Both the position numbers and the translations under genes were made by a program. Below are positions 38,565-51,849 of a DNA stretch of 64,000 nt, piece by piece. This stretch comes from Octopus bimaculoides (Eukaryota). Each line of letters opens with the position of its first letter. The first letter of the stretch is position 1. The stretch is from NCBI RefSeq assembly GCF_001194135.2, contig NC_068981.1:161731817-161795816 (forward strand). The letters run 5' to 3'. A model generated the notes under the pieces. That model saw nothing but the letters and a program-made list of their open reading frames with translations. It made no database searches and had not been told where the DNA came from.

Positions 38565-38960
38565 CTCAAATTTTAGCTCAAGGCCAGTAATTTCAGGAAA
38601 GGAAGTAAGCTGATTACATCACCTCCAGTGCCCAACCAGTACTTAATTTATCGACCCCGAAAGGATGAAAGGCAAAGTTGATACTAGCAGAATTTGAATT
38701 CAGAATGTAAAGACTGATGAAACAACACTAGGCATTTTGTCCAACATGCTGCTGATTCTGATAGATTTCCATCTTAATAATAATAATAATGGTTTCAGAT
38801 TTTTCCACAAGGGCAGCCATTTTGGGGGAGGAGATGAATCAATTACATCGATCCCAGTGTTGAACTGGTACTTAATTTATTGACCCTGAAACGATGAAAG
38901 GCAAAGTAACTTCGAGAGAATTTGAACTCAGAATGTAGCGGCAGGCAAAATACTGCTAAG
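38565..38960 (-). mobile_element. Two tandem SINE-B copies joined by (AAT)n
   Basis: gaaaggatgaaaggcaaag block at ~38660 and ~38890; taataataataat between them. Confidence 0.75.
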
Positions 38961-39298
38961 CACATCTTTCTCAGCACATCTCAACCCTTTGAAACACTAT
39001 CCGAATCTACCATGTTGAAATCTGCTGCCGTCCTCAATTGCTTAGCACCAAAATGCGGACATATGTATATATTTGTGTCCTTGTGTTTAGTGTTTGTCTC
39101 CCCCACCCCATCACCACTTGACAACTGATACTGGTGTGTTTACATCCCTGTAACTTAGCAATTTGGCAAAAGAAACCAGTAGAATAAGTACTAGGCTTAA
39201 AAAATAAGTCCTGGGATCGATTGTTTGACTAAAACCCTGATGGCACTGCTCCAGTATGGCCACATTCAGATCACTGAAACAAGTAAAAAAATAAAAGA

Positions 39299-39348
<50 letters not shown>

Positions 39349-40235
39349 ATATGTGTACAGTGTGAATTGAGATACATAAATTTATTACACACATTGCATA
39401 TGTGACAGTGTGTGATTGGTTTAAGCATCTCCTGCATCACTGTACACATGTATTTGCATGTGTGGGATATTCTGTGTAATTCATGTAACACTGTATGCCT
39501 ACGCACATATGCACATACACATACATATGCATACACACATGCATAAGTATATAGTTGTGGAGAGTATTGTTGTTTGAGTCAGAAACTCAATGAACAGTAT
39601 AATTTGGTTTTACCAAGAGTGCGTGCATGTTTGTTAGAGAAAGAGAGAGAAGGAGAAAGAAAAAAGTGAAAGAGAGATAGAATGACAGAGAATTCTGTGC
39701 ATCTCATAAAACATTGCACACAGACGTATGTGTGTATGTTTGCTCTATGTTTTTTTTTATTCACCCCTCTTACACATTTATCTGATGTCATATTTGTTTC
39801 CAGGTCTTTGCCAAATCCATGGTTTTCATCTGTCAATCTGTCATTGATGTTTTTTGGGTTATTTATCTGTATACATACTTCCATATCCATAGATAATGTA
39901 CACAAACATAAGTGTATACTTACACACACACACACACACGTTTTTTTGGAAGCATTCATACATTGGAACACAAAGATTGTTGGTGGTAAACTCCCATCAA
40001 AACTTCTAAATTCAAACACAATTGGTCTGCTACACTTTGGGATGAACAACAAAAATTAGATAGACGTAACTACGTGATAAGAAGTTTGTATCCCAACCAT
40101 GTGGTTTTGGGTTCAGTCCCACTGTGTGGTACCTTGGGGAAGTGTTTTCAACAACATTCCTTAACTGACCAAAGCCTTGTGAGTGGATTACATGGACAAA
40201 ATCTGAAAAGAGCTCATTGTGTACATATATAGATG

Positions 40236-40298
<63 letters not shown>

Positions 40299-40659
40299 NN
40301 NNNNNNNNNNNNNNNNNNNNNNNNNNNNNNNNNNNNNNNNNNNNNNNNNNNNNNNNNNNNNNNNNNNNNNNNNNNNNNNNNNNNNNNNNNNNNNNNNNNN
40401 NNNNNNNNNNNNNNNNNNNNNNNNNNNNNNNNNNNNNNNNNNNNNNNNNNNNNNNNNNNNNNNNNNNNNNNNNNNNGTCATACAAGTGGTGTCTTACCGA
40501 TCTTCCGTGAAAAGATGTCTAGTCATGGGGAAATATCATCTTGTTTGGAAACAAGAGGGTTGGTGATGATAAGGGCTCCTGATATAGAAACCCTGTTTCA
40601 ACATATTCTGTCTGACTTGCAGGCTTGGAAAAGTGGACTGTAAGTCGAAAAATAATGAA

Positions 40660-40661
40660 GT

Positions 40662-40692
<31 letters not shown>

Positions 40693-40785
40693 GGTGGTGG
40701 TGATGATGATGATGGTGGTGATGATGATGGTGGTGGTGGTGGTGGTGGTGTTGGTGGTGGTGATGATGATGATAATAATGATGTG
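40660..40785. repeat. (GAT)n/(GGT)n tract (similar tract at 52400-52575)
   Basis: Directly visible; tail of a family-2 element. Confidence 0.9.
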
Positions 40786-42363
40786 AGTGACAGTTAGCTC
40801 CTTAGCAGCTGCAGCCTTATAAACCCATAATCAGTGGCTCATTTAGGTATGTTACTCAGGTGTATTATCCATTGTCATAAATAAGAACCTCTTCCAGGCA
40901 AAGAATGAAACCACAGGGTAATATTATCTTCCTTGGAGACAGCTGATAGTCAGCAACATGAAGGGTATCCAACCACAGAAGATCTGCCTCAATGAATTTC
41001 ATTTGATCCATGCAAGCATGTGAAAGTGGACATCAGAATTATGACAACAACAATGTTGATGATGCTGCTGCTGATGTTGATGATGATAAAAGCTTTTATG
41101 TTTAAAATAATGCAATCCAAAATTTTGTCAGTTCCAATTGATGGAACTTTGATTTTAAGATAAAATATCTGCTGTAATGTCTATTTGCTTTTCCTTTTCT
41201 TTGTGTGAAAGATTGCTCAAGTTTCACATTTCTAAATGGGTTTTCAACCCAAAATTGGTTTGCAATTTTCATCTAGAAAATACTTTGTTTCTGATTAATT
41301 TCATATCAGATTAATGTTGCAGAAGTGAATATTTTATAGTTTAACTTCAGGATTTTCAGTTTGCTAGCATAAAACCGGCTGTGTGGTTAAGAAACCCACT
41401 TTGCAACCATGTGGTTTCAGGTTCAGTCCTATTGTATGGCACCTTCAGCAAGTTTTTTTTCCTACTATGGCTCTGGACCAACCAGTGCTTTGTGAGTGAA
41501 TTTGGTAGATCAAAACTGGAAGCTTGTCAATTTTTCTCCCCTCATCTATTCTTTCTCTAGAAGAGTATATGCTGGAAGCATAAAAGAATTTACCTTCTTA
41601 TTTTCATGATGTTAACCTAATACGCTGTCTTTTTTTACCTCATCTTTGTGTTATTTACAATATTTGCACTATAACTATAACTATATTATACATATAAGAG
41701 AAAGTCCTGTTATTATTCCTACTGTATTTGTGCAACATTGTTCGTTTTTTTCCGTCCTTGTTTTGTATACATTCGCTGCTTTCTTCCAAGGAATCTAATG
41801 CTCTTAGTTTAGATTTTCTTTGAGGCTGGCCAGATTGGAGCAATATCGAGAATAACCAGCTGAAATTGCAAGGATAATCTGGATCTCGACTGAGGAAAGA
41901 AAACTCCGAATGACATGTCCGTGCTTTCTTTGTATCGTCTATCTGTATGTTTTGTCCCTTTTTTGTATCACCTAAACTGTCTGGATGTTTTGCGTTCTTG
42001 TCCCATTCTGTATTATTTATATATATATTATACATATGTACATGTTTTGGCTCAGTTTCCATGGTGGAATGCTCTTCTTTAATGTCAACCACTTTTCAGA
42101 ATGTACAGAATGCCTTTTACGTGTCACCAACATGAGTGTATCTCATGTGGCACTGGCATGAGGGCCCTCCACATTTTACAGGTGCAGGTGCTTTTTATGT
42201 GCTACCAGCACAAGTACCTTTTACATGTCACCAGTATGGGTGCTTCTTATATGTCACTGGCACAAGTAATGTTGAACTTACTTTGACCCACCTTATTGTA
42301 TCAGCTTCACAAGAATTTGACATTTCATGAAAATATGCTTCAGAATGGAAAGTGGTACTTTAT

Positions 42364-42597
42364 TCTTTTATTCTTTTACTTGTTTCAGTCATTTGACTGC
42401 AGCCATGCTGGAGCACCACCTTTAGTTGAACAAATCAATCCCAGGACTTATTCTTTGCAAGCCTAGTACTTATTCTATTGCTCCCTTTTGCTGAACCACT
42501 AAGTTACGGGGATGTCAGCACACCAACATCGGTTGTCAAGCAATGGTGTGGGGGGACAAACACAGACACACACACACAAATACACACGCACGCACAC

Positions 42598-42643
<46 letters not shown>

Positions 42644-43070
42644 CTACCGAACACACGCACACATACATACACATATACACAATGGGCCTCTTTCAGTTTC
42701 TTATTTCTTTACTGCCCACAAGGCGCTACACACAGAGGGGACAAACAAGGACAGACAAACGGATTAAGTTGATTATATTGACCCCAGTGCGTAACTGGTA
42801 CTTATTTAATCGACCCCGAAAGGATGAAAGGCAAAGTCGACCTCGGCGGAATTTGAATTCAGACGAAATACCGCTAAGCATTTCGCCAGGCATGCTAATG
42901 TTTCTGCTATCTCGCCGCCTTATCTTTCAGTTTCTGTCTACCAAATCCACTGACAAGGTTTTGGTCAGCCTGAAGCTATAGTAGAAGACACTTGCCCAAG
43001 GTACCACGCAGTGGGACTGAACCCAGAACATGTGGTTGAGAAGCAAGTTTCTTACCACACAGCCACTCCT
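42364..43070 (-). mobile_element. SINE-A with a nested SINE-B variant
   Basis: SINE-A is continuous once 42702-42935 is removed. Confidence 0.9.
42702..42922 (-). mobile_element. SINE-B variant with a longer Tx1-like 3' tail, 13-bp TSD
   Basis: TSD tctttcagtttct at 42689-42701 and 42923-42935; tail reads ttgtctgtccttgtttgtcccctctgtgtgtagcgccttgtgggcagtaaagaaata. Confidence 0.85.
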
Positions 43071-44710
43071 ATGTCTTTATCAATGTTTTGCACATTCTTT
43101 TTTTTTTCTCCATGAATTTCACCATCAGGCTATTAAGTGTTCTGCCGTTGAACATAATTTTACTTGGTTTTGCAATTTGAAGCCAGTATATGCAATTTGA
43201 AGCAAGGAAAGCATTTTTGCTTTTTCATTCAATTCCAGATGCTTTCATGTAAAATATTCTTCACTCAGGATTGTAAAACATAAATGTGTTGCCTAAATTT
43301 GTTATGAGTGACAAAAGCAGTATTAGTTCAAAGCAGCAATCTGTGTATCATAGTTAGGCATATTCATGTTTAAAAGCCTGAAAATCTCTTATAGATGTAT
43401 AATGTTAGCAATATCACTGCTGCTGGTGGATGACTTTTACCTATTACTGATATATTTCTGGGTTTTTTTTCAACACTATACATCTATAGGAGATACTTTC
43501 TTGAGACAAATACTACTGCTTAACAGGCTTTCAATGGTGTATATACTTTAAGTATGATACACAAATTGCTATTGTCTAAATATTGCTTTAATTTCACTAG
43601 ATTTAAGCTGCTGTTATTTTAAACTTTTCCACATTCAACACACATTCCACTTATCACCAGTTCAAGTGATACTGTATACAATACAAGTTTAATCATATTT
43701 TTTCTTCTTATTTTTACATGGTTCATCTTGTTGTTTTGATGTTGATTTTGCAACTGAATTTGTCGTAGGCTCAAACTGTATAACACCTTTCTTCATTCAT
43801 GTGATTTGGGTTCTGCCTATTAACACTTGACATATTGATTGTTTTAATCATTCAGCCATTAGGGATGTAAATAGAGTGTAATTTATTGATTACAGAAAAT
43901 TATAATTGCCCGAAACATCAATTTCTGCTATGCATACATTAAAAAGTTACTAAACTATTTAATACTAGTATTTTAACAACCATTGTGCATTTGTTGTTTC
44001 CTAAACTGAAAGCAATTGAAAATTATTGCATAATATTGACTTGAGTTGCTAAATTTCACCGGTTCAGTAAAATATATCCAGAATTAATATTCTTACATCA
44101 AAACTAAGTGCTTGTTATTCAAGCAGAAGATACTGTGAAAATCCTATATAAATTTGTCTGTTAAGTCTGTGTGTAGGTATGTGTGTCAGTAGCATTACTT
44201 TCCTTCACCTATGGATATAGTTGTGTATGTATGTGAATATGTATGCGTGTGTGAGAGAGCTGACTGACTGCTGGATGAATGTAAAATGCTGAGTATTGCG
44301 AAGGTGGGGGAAGAGCTTTGTGGTGGGGAAAAAGGCATGTCCTAGTGTGTACTTGCATATATTATGTGTGTGTTTGTTTATTGTTTTAACAAGTGATGTG
44401 TTAGTCTATATGTGTGTATGTTTTCATTACTTTAGCAGCAGTGTACTTATATCTGTATGCGTACAACCATGGTGTTGTAACTATACTGTGTTTGTTTATA
44501 CTGATTAAATCAGTGATAAAAATAAACAAAAATACAAGCATTTTTTTTTTCAATAAACAATGTTTCATTACAGTTATATGAACATACATATTTTAAAACA
44601 CTTCTATACTACATATTTATTTCTTTAAAACACAACCATGGAAACCAGCAATAGCTGATGCAAATCGTTTGGGTTCCAGAGTCTTCAGTTTAAGTAACCA
44701 TGTGCTAGAG

Positions 44711-45088
44711 CAGGGGTTTTCAAACTTTTTGACTTGCGGACCCCTTTATATTTCAGGCTTTACCTTAGGGACCCCCCTTATAAACGCTTATGAAATTTAT
44801 ACATAAATATTTGCTTAAAATAACATATATTTTTACATTTATTTATTTAACAGTATTTAACAAATAGGTNNNNNNNNNNTACATAAATATTTGCTTAAAA
44901 TAACATATATTTTTACATTTATTTATTTAACAGTATTTAACAAATAGGTTTATTGTCAATTAAAAGATTTCAATTAAAAAACATATATAAAATCAAATTG
45001 CCCATAAAAAGTATTTGCTGTCTACGGACCCCCTGTCATGTCCTTGTGGACCCCCTGTGGTCCGCGGACCACATTTTGAAAACCCCTG
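44711..45088. mobile_element. hAT MITE, young
   Basis: Perfect 14-bp TIR caggggttttcaaa and perfect 8-bp TSD tgctagag (44703-44710, 45089-45096); contains an N10 gap with a 70-bp overlap artefact. Confidence 0.92.
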
Positions 45089-45344
45089 TGCTAGAGCACT
45101 AGTAGCCTGTCATGTGTGAATATGTGTGTGCATACGCATACATGTTTTTGTTTGTGTTTATCTCCCACTTCCCACTGCCTGACAGCCAATGTTGGTTCAT
45201 TTACGACCCTGTAACATAGCAGCTTGGCAAAATAGACTGATGGAATACATACTGAACTTTAAAAAGTCCATATGAACTTTAACCAGGGTCCATATGGCTC
45301 CTGGGGATCCATATAAGGTTTTGGGGGTGCCATGCAACAAAATA

Positions 45345-45677
45345 AAAAAGGAGCACTCCGTCGGTTACGACGACGAAGGACCCTGCTGATACAATCAACG
45401 GAACAGCCTGCTTGTGAAATTAACGTGCAGGTGACTGAGCAACCCACAGACACGTGTACCCCTAACGTAGTTCTCAGGGAGACTCAGCGTGATATATAGC
45501 ATGACAAGGCTGGCCCTTTGAAATACAGGTACTACTCATTTTTGCCAGCTGAGTGGACTGGAGCAACGTGAAATAAAGTGCCTTGCTCAAGGACACAACG
45601 CGCCGCTGGGAATCAAACTCATGACCTTACGATCGTAAGCCGAATGCCCTAACTACTAAGCCAGGTGCCTTCACTAC
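45345..45677 (-). mobile_element. SINE-D head with tail X, inserted in an older hAT-like remnant (~45270-45955)
   Basis: TSD gcaacaaaata at 45334-45344 and 45678-45688; head like 14216, tail like 22140-22315. Confidence 0.85.
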
Positions 45678-46679
45678 GCAACAAAATAGTAAACTGGGAA
45701 TCCAGAATAGTATTTTAAGGGCCCCTGAAAAAATTTTGCTTTAGATGTATGTATTGCAAGAAACAGCAAGGTTTCTTTCTCTAATATTTTCAATAGTTCA
45801 ACCTACACAAGTTAATGTGTGAGAAACAAAATAGGAATTTTGAAAGAAGTGTCTATAAAACTAGTTTTTAATCATCGAATGACTATGGGGTGTCTGCCAG
45901 AATAAAATAGTAAGCTAAGGGGTCTATAGATAAATAATGGTTGAGAAACCCGGTGCTAAAGATTTGGAGTGCATGAGATGCATCTTTATTCAGGAAGATT
46001 CAGGGTCATTGCTCAAGTATATGAAGGAATATGGTTTATAGTTAGGGTGTTTGCACTCATGATCACAAGATCATGGTTTCAATTCACGGACCAGGAGGTG
46101 CGTTGTGTTCTTGAGCAAAATACTTCATTCAAGGGGAATGCTGTGATTTCAGTCGCTTCTATGTCATGGAAACCAGGTAACTTTATCCATGATTCCTAGA
46201 CTTTGAGGCAGTAATACACAGAGGTTGATGATGATGATGATGATCAAATATTTATCTTAACATTTTTGCAGGTTGGATGTTTTCATAAGAAACACCATTC
46301 CTCTCATGTGTATTTTGAATTGTCTTGATTGTCTGAAATTCTATCATTAGAATTGATTGAATGATTGACATATCACACCAAGACTAGTCAATCATGAACT
46401 TTATAATGTGGCCTTCAAAAATGTTTGGGTTCAGACAGACCCGCCCGCAATTTATATTGTAGTGTGTCACACTCACTCTAAATTAAGTCAAGTCATGTTT
46501 CAAATCTCACCCATTTCTCTGTTTCATTAAGATTAAGGTCAAAACTTCAAAAGAAGCAAGAACATTTTTAATGCCAACAGCTTCTTTTATTCAAACATTT
46601 TACCTCAAGATATTGAATATAAACGTGTGTGTGAATTTACACACAAATATGTATGTAATGTGTGTGGTGTGTGTGTGTA

Positions 46680-47017
46680 TATACCTTACAAATACATTCC
46701 CCTACTTTTAGGTCACTTTAAATAAAACCCTTGATTCAATAGCCCTGTGTACAAACTTTATACTTGGAATGACCAATTTTAGATACTATTGGATTTTACT
46801 CATAAATTATTGGAATCTTATATGTATACCATTCTGCCTAAATAATGGATCTACAAATGCAATATCCCTCATATCTCACATCTATTTTCATTCCTCCACT
46901 TCACTCTCTGTTTCGTATCTTATCTAAATTAACTATTGCTTAACCATCTTCTCACACTGTCTCTGATGAAGGCATATAATAAATATCCTGGAAACAGCTG
47001 TAAGACCTATTTATAAA
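46680..47017 (+). mobile_element. Probable Penelope-like element terminal remnant
   Basis: Pyrimidine-rich segment ending in a hammerhead-like motif, then a gap; no ORF recognised. Confidence 0.45.
46959..47006 (+). ncRNA. Candidate minimal type I hammerhead ribozyme
   Basis: GTCT CTGATGA aggcatat-aataa-atatcctg GAAAC AGCT GTA AGAC: 4-bp helix I, intact core, palindromic helix III ACAGCTGT, imperfect helix II. Confidence 0.6.
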
Positions 47018-47166
47018 NNNNNNNNNNNNNNNNNNNNNNNNNNNNNNNNNNNNNNNNNNNNNNNNNNNNNNNNNNNNNNNNNNNNNNNNNNNNNNNNNNN
47101 NNNNNNNNNNNNNNNNNNNNNNNNNNNNNNNNNNNNNNNNNNNNNNNNNATATACATATATATATA

Positions 47167-48225
47167 CAGGGTGTTTCAAAAACTTTGATATCATTTGAGA
47201 TATAAATATCACAGAAACTACATAGCCAAAGCAAATGAAACTAAACAGGCTTAATGTTGAACAACATAAAATTTATTCCTCCAAATTTGAATGAGAAATT
47301 CAAAGGTATGTGGATTCCATGAATGATTTCACAAATGTTCAATATGTGCACATCAAGTCAATAGTCCAGCTCTTCCCAAACATGTTGCAGCATGCCTTGG
47401 GTAACAGTTTCCAGTGTGGTAGAGATTCTCCGCTCGAGTTCCTCTAGGTTTGCAGGAAGAGGTGGGGACATAGACCAGGGCCTTCACATAGCCCCAGAGA
47501 AAAAATCGCAAGGTGTCAGGTCAGGTGAACGTGGCAGCCATTTCAACAGCACATTGTCTTCATCACCAGCATGCCCGATCCATCTCCCTTGCAGATTGTC
47601 ATTGAGATAAGCCCACACATTGAGCTTCCAGTTAGGTGGAGCCCTGTCCTGTTGAAAAATGAAGTCTTCATATTCATCTGCAATGAGCTCATCCATTAGC
47701 TAGTTCTGAAGCATTTGCAAATAAACATCACTGGTCACATTTCCCTGAAAGAAAAACAGGCCATGAAGATGCTTCTTGGAGATGGAGCAGGACACATTCA
47801 CTTTTAGTGAGTTCCTCTCATGCTCAACTGTGGCATGGGGATTTTCTTTGCTCCAAATGCGAACATTATGCTTATTGACTTTGCCATTCATATGAAATGT
47901 GGCCTCATCACTGAAAACAAGATGTTCTTTGAACTCAGCTTCTTCAAGTTTCTCTTGCATATCAACACAGAATTGTTTGTGTTTTCGCTTGTCATCTGCC
48001 GTTATGGCCTGAACGAGCTGCAGCTTGTAGGGTTTCATTAGCAAGCATTTACTCAGGACATGCCAAACTGTTGCTGGAGAAAGCTGGGTTTTCAGACTTG
48101 TTCTTCTTATGGACTTCTTGGGGCTTCGCAAGAGTTTTTGGTGAACCCGCTCAACCATCTCTTCCGATGTTAGTAGTCATCCAGATCCTTTTACCCTGCA
48201 CAGACAGCCTTCCTCTTTTTTGTGC
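47167..48225 (-). mobile_element. rosa/DD41D-like mariner fossil (DD46D spacing), 5' end lost
   Basis: TA-cagggtgtttcaaaa terminus at 47165-47181; VFSDEATFH, FQQDRAPP, WLPRSPDLTPCDFF in ORFs 47700-48158 and 47484-47696. Confidence 0.9.
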
Positions 48226-48629
48226 CATGTCCAAATCTGCATCACTTGGATGGCTTGACAGGATCTGGGGAGTACATGGCCATGTTGAGCTCTAATGTCA
48301 GCATTGGTATGGCTTTTATGGTTGGATGCCCTTCCTAACACCAATATACATTATATATATATATGTGGCACCTTGGGTGAGTGTCTTCTACTATAGCCAT
48401 AGGCTGACCAAAGCCGTGTGAGTGGATTTGGAAGGCAGAAACTGAAAGAAACCGGTCATATATATATATGTATATATCTACATATGTGTGTTTTTATGTG
48501 TGTTTGTTCCCCACAACCACTTGACATATGGTGTTGGTGTGTTTACATCTTTGTAACTTAGCAGCTCCGCAAAGAGAGATCAATAGAATAAGTACCAAGC
48601 TTTAAAGAAAATGCCCTGGGGTCAATTTC

Positions 48630-49610
48630 ATCATCATCATTATTACTTAATGCTGGGATAGGTTGACCAGGGCTGGCAAGGTGGAAGGCTGTACCAGACT
48701 CTAGTCTGATTTGGCATGATTTCTACAGCTGGATGCTCTTCCTAACACCAACCACTCCAAGAGTGTAATGGGTGCTTTAATGAGTCACCAGCATGGGTGC
48801 CATTTGCATAACACCTGTATCTGCCATGACTATGATTTCACTTGGCTTGGTGGGTCTTCCTTCTCAAGCATGGCATAATGCCAAAGGTCTCGGTCATTTG
48901 TCGTTGCCTCTGTGAGGCCCAACACTCGAAAGATGCCTTTTATGTGCCACCGGCATCATTTCCCTTGCCTCCATGAGGCCCAATGCTTGAAAGGTGCTTT
49001 TTACATGTCACTACCATGGGTACCAGTTATGTGACACCAGCATCAGCCATGGTTTCATTTGGCAGTATAAGTATGGCATATCGCCAAAGGTCTCAGTCAC
49101 TAGTCATTACCTCCGTGAGGCCCAACGTTCGAAGATCATGCTTCACTACTTCATCCCATGTCTTCTTGGGTCTACCTCTACCACAGGTTCCCTCCACAGT
49201 CAGAGATCGGCACTTCTTTATACAGCTGTCCTCGTTCATACACTCCACATGACCATACCAGTGCAGTCATCCCTCTTGCATACCACATCTGATGCCTCTT
49301 ATGCCCAACTTTTCTCTCAGGACGCTTACATTCTGTCCAATATGCACACTGACATTGTACATCCAGCGAAGCATACTGGTTTCACTTCTTTCAAGCCTAC
49401 ACACACCCTCAGCTGTCATAGCTTATGTTTCACTGCCATGTAGCATAACAGTTTTCACACAATCATCATACAGTCTACCTTTCACTCTGAGGGAGAAACC
49501 CTTTGTTGCCAGCAGGGGTAGGTGCTCTCTGAACTTTGCCCAGCCTAATCTTATTCTCACAGCTATGCTCTCAGAGCATCCACCTCCAAACTAACTTGGT
49601 CACCTACATA
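48630..49610 (-). mobile_element. RTE family 1 LINE, 5'-truncated
   Basis: Reverse complement of the 12510-13625 element (ORF end, tandem units, tail). Confidence 0.85.
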
Positions 49611-50123
49611 ATGGAAGCTATCTACTACCTCTAGTTTACCCCAACTCACAGTTGATTGAGTCTATTTTCTGTACATTTTCAGTGTTTATTGTACCTGTGC
49701 GCCTTCCACACATAAAAACACTATACTCCCAGTTAACCTTCCTCTGATATTGTTGCACCTCTTATGTTTCCATAGTTTGCACTAGGTACATCATATGGAT
49801 CAAACAGGCCTATCTACCTGAAGGGATTTGTGATTTATCTGCCTTCCTACTTACTAAGACTTTGATTTTTTTGATTAAAACCCTTCAAGGCAGTGCCCCA
49901 GCATGGCCACAGCCAAATGGCCAAAACAAGTAAAAAAAACTAAAGAAATATATATATATAGGCGTAGGAGTGGCTGTGTGGTAAGTAGCTTGCTTACCAA
50001 CCACATGGTTCCAGGTTCATTCCCACTGCGTGGCACCTTGGGCAAGTGTCTTCTACTATAGCCTCGGGCTGACCAAAGCCTTGTGAGTGGATTTGGTAGA
50101 CGGAAACTTAAAGAAGCCCATCG

Positions 50124-50164
<41 letters not shown>

Positions 50165-51040
50165 CAATTAGAGAATGGAGGATAATATGCTGAACCCAAC
50201 TACTTGCAGACGGTGTAACCCTTTGAATTCATTAATTTAATTCATAGCAAAAGTGACAAAAAAAGGGAGAAAAGAAAAAGAAAGAAAGAACCAAAGCACA
50301 GGTGTCTATGGCAGACTATGTTATTTTGCCAACATGGTTTACATATAGAAGTACAAAGTACATAAGGAATTAGAGGATGAACAGAAGTTTAATCTTATAT
50401 ATGAGTGAACAAATGAATGGAAGTAACACTTAGCACATAGTTGGAGCTGTAGTTACTGAGTAACAAGTTGATTTAGTGCCTCATGTTTCTTAAAGTTCCA
50501 TTGCTATGAAAGGATGTCCATCTCTCATTTTCGCCAATCACCATACACTTGTGACTCAGTGACATTAACATTTCACCTGCTTTAAGTTGTCGGGTGTCAT
50601 CATCTACCATCTATTTTTAACCACATAGCCATACTTGACCATTTGGTATTAAACTCTCTCTCTCTCTCTCTCTCTCTGCATGTAATACAGAAGCCATTTC
50701 TCATCATTTCATGTCATAAGCACAGGTGTTGCTTATATGCTAAATATCATGCATTGAAGACTAAGTGACATTAATATCCTGTCTGCTTTAACATATGGTG
50801 AGTTTCCTTCAAGCTATCTGCTATCACTGAGTCATATCACTTTTCCATTCCAACATGATTTGAAATGATAAAATAGGAGTTAAGTTCTTTCTGTAATAAA
50901 GAAGCCAATTTGTTTTTTCTCTTCTTTGCTTCTGAATGTCTCTGGAGAGGGGTGCCTTATCATATCCATGAAACTCAAAGTAACAAGACAAACTGAGTCA
51001 ATATGTGTGTGTGTGTATTTATGTATATGTATGTAGGTAT

Positions 51041-51446
51041 TCTTTTATTCTTTTACTTGTTTCAGTTAACCGACTGTGGCCATGCTGGAGCATCACTTTG
51101 AAGAGTTTTAGTCGAACAAATCGACCCCAGGACTCATTCTTTGTAAGCCTAGTACTTATTCTATTGGTCTCTTTTTCGCAAACTGCTAAGTTACGGGGGA
51201 GTAAACACACCAACATCGGTTGTCAAGTGACAGGGGGTGACACACATGCACACACACACACACACACATATGCACATATATATGACAGGCTTCTTTCAGT
51301 TTCCATCTAATAAAATCCACTCACAAGGCTTTGGTCAGCCCAAGACTATAGTTGAAGACATTTGCCCAAGGTACTATGCAGTGGGACTGAACCCAGAATC
51401 ATGTGGTTGGGGATCAAGCTTCTTACCACACAGCCATGCCTACGCC
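51041..51446 (-). mobile_element. SINE-A, full length
   Basis: Reverse complement of the 10361 copy. Confidence 0.9.
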
Positions 51447-51849
51447 TATATATAATAACCATCATCATCATCATCTTTTAATGTCTATTTTCCATGCTGG
51501 CATGAGTTGGACAGTTTAAGAGGCGCTGACAAGCCAGAAAACTGCACCAAGCTCTGATGTTTACTTTCGCCTCTTAACTTCATTTTTTTGACCAACTTGA
51601 GTTATTTCCTCAACTAATTTTATTTATATATTATTCATTTATCTTAAAAAAATAATGCAAATAAAATTTAATATCAAAATTGTTACTGTGACCAAGGAGA
51701 ATGTCTTGTATTGAGTTGTGTGTTTATGTTTTGAGTTCACATCCTTCCAAGGCAGGTTTTGTCTTTCAACCTTTCAGAGCTGATAAAATCTGTGCCATGA
51801 ACTCAATCTAATCAACTACCCTATCGAATGAATTTGCAGTCGCATTATA

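Noticed and set aside
41655-42092. 145-aa minus-strand ORF
   Set aside because: It starts in repeat sequence and no domain is recognised; the plus strand reads like a decayed LINE 3' end running into (TA)n, so the ORF is probably incidental.
44800-44949. 70-bp perfect tandem duplication in the hAT MITE
   Set aside because: It straddles an N10 gap; assembly artefact.
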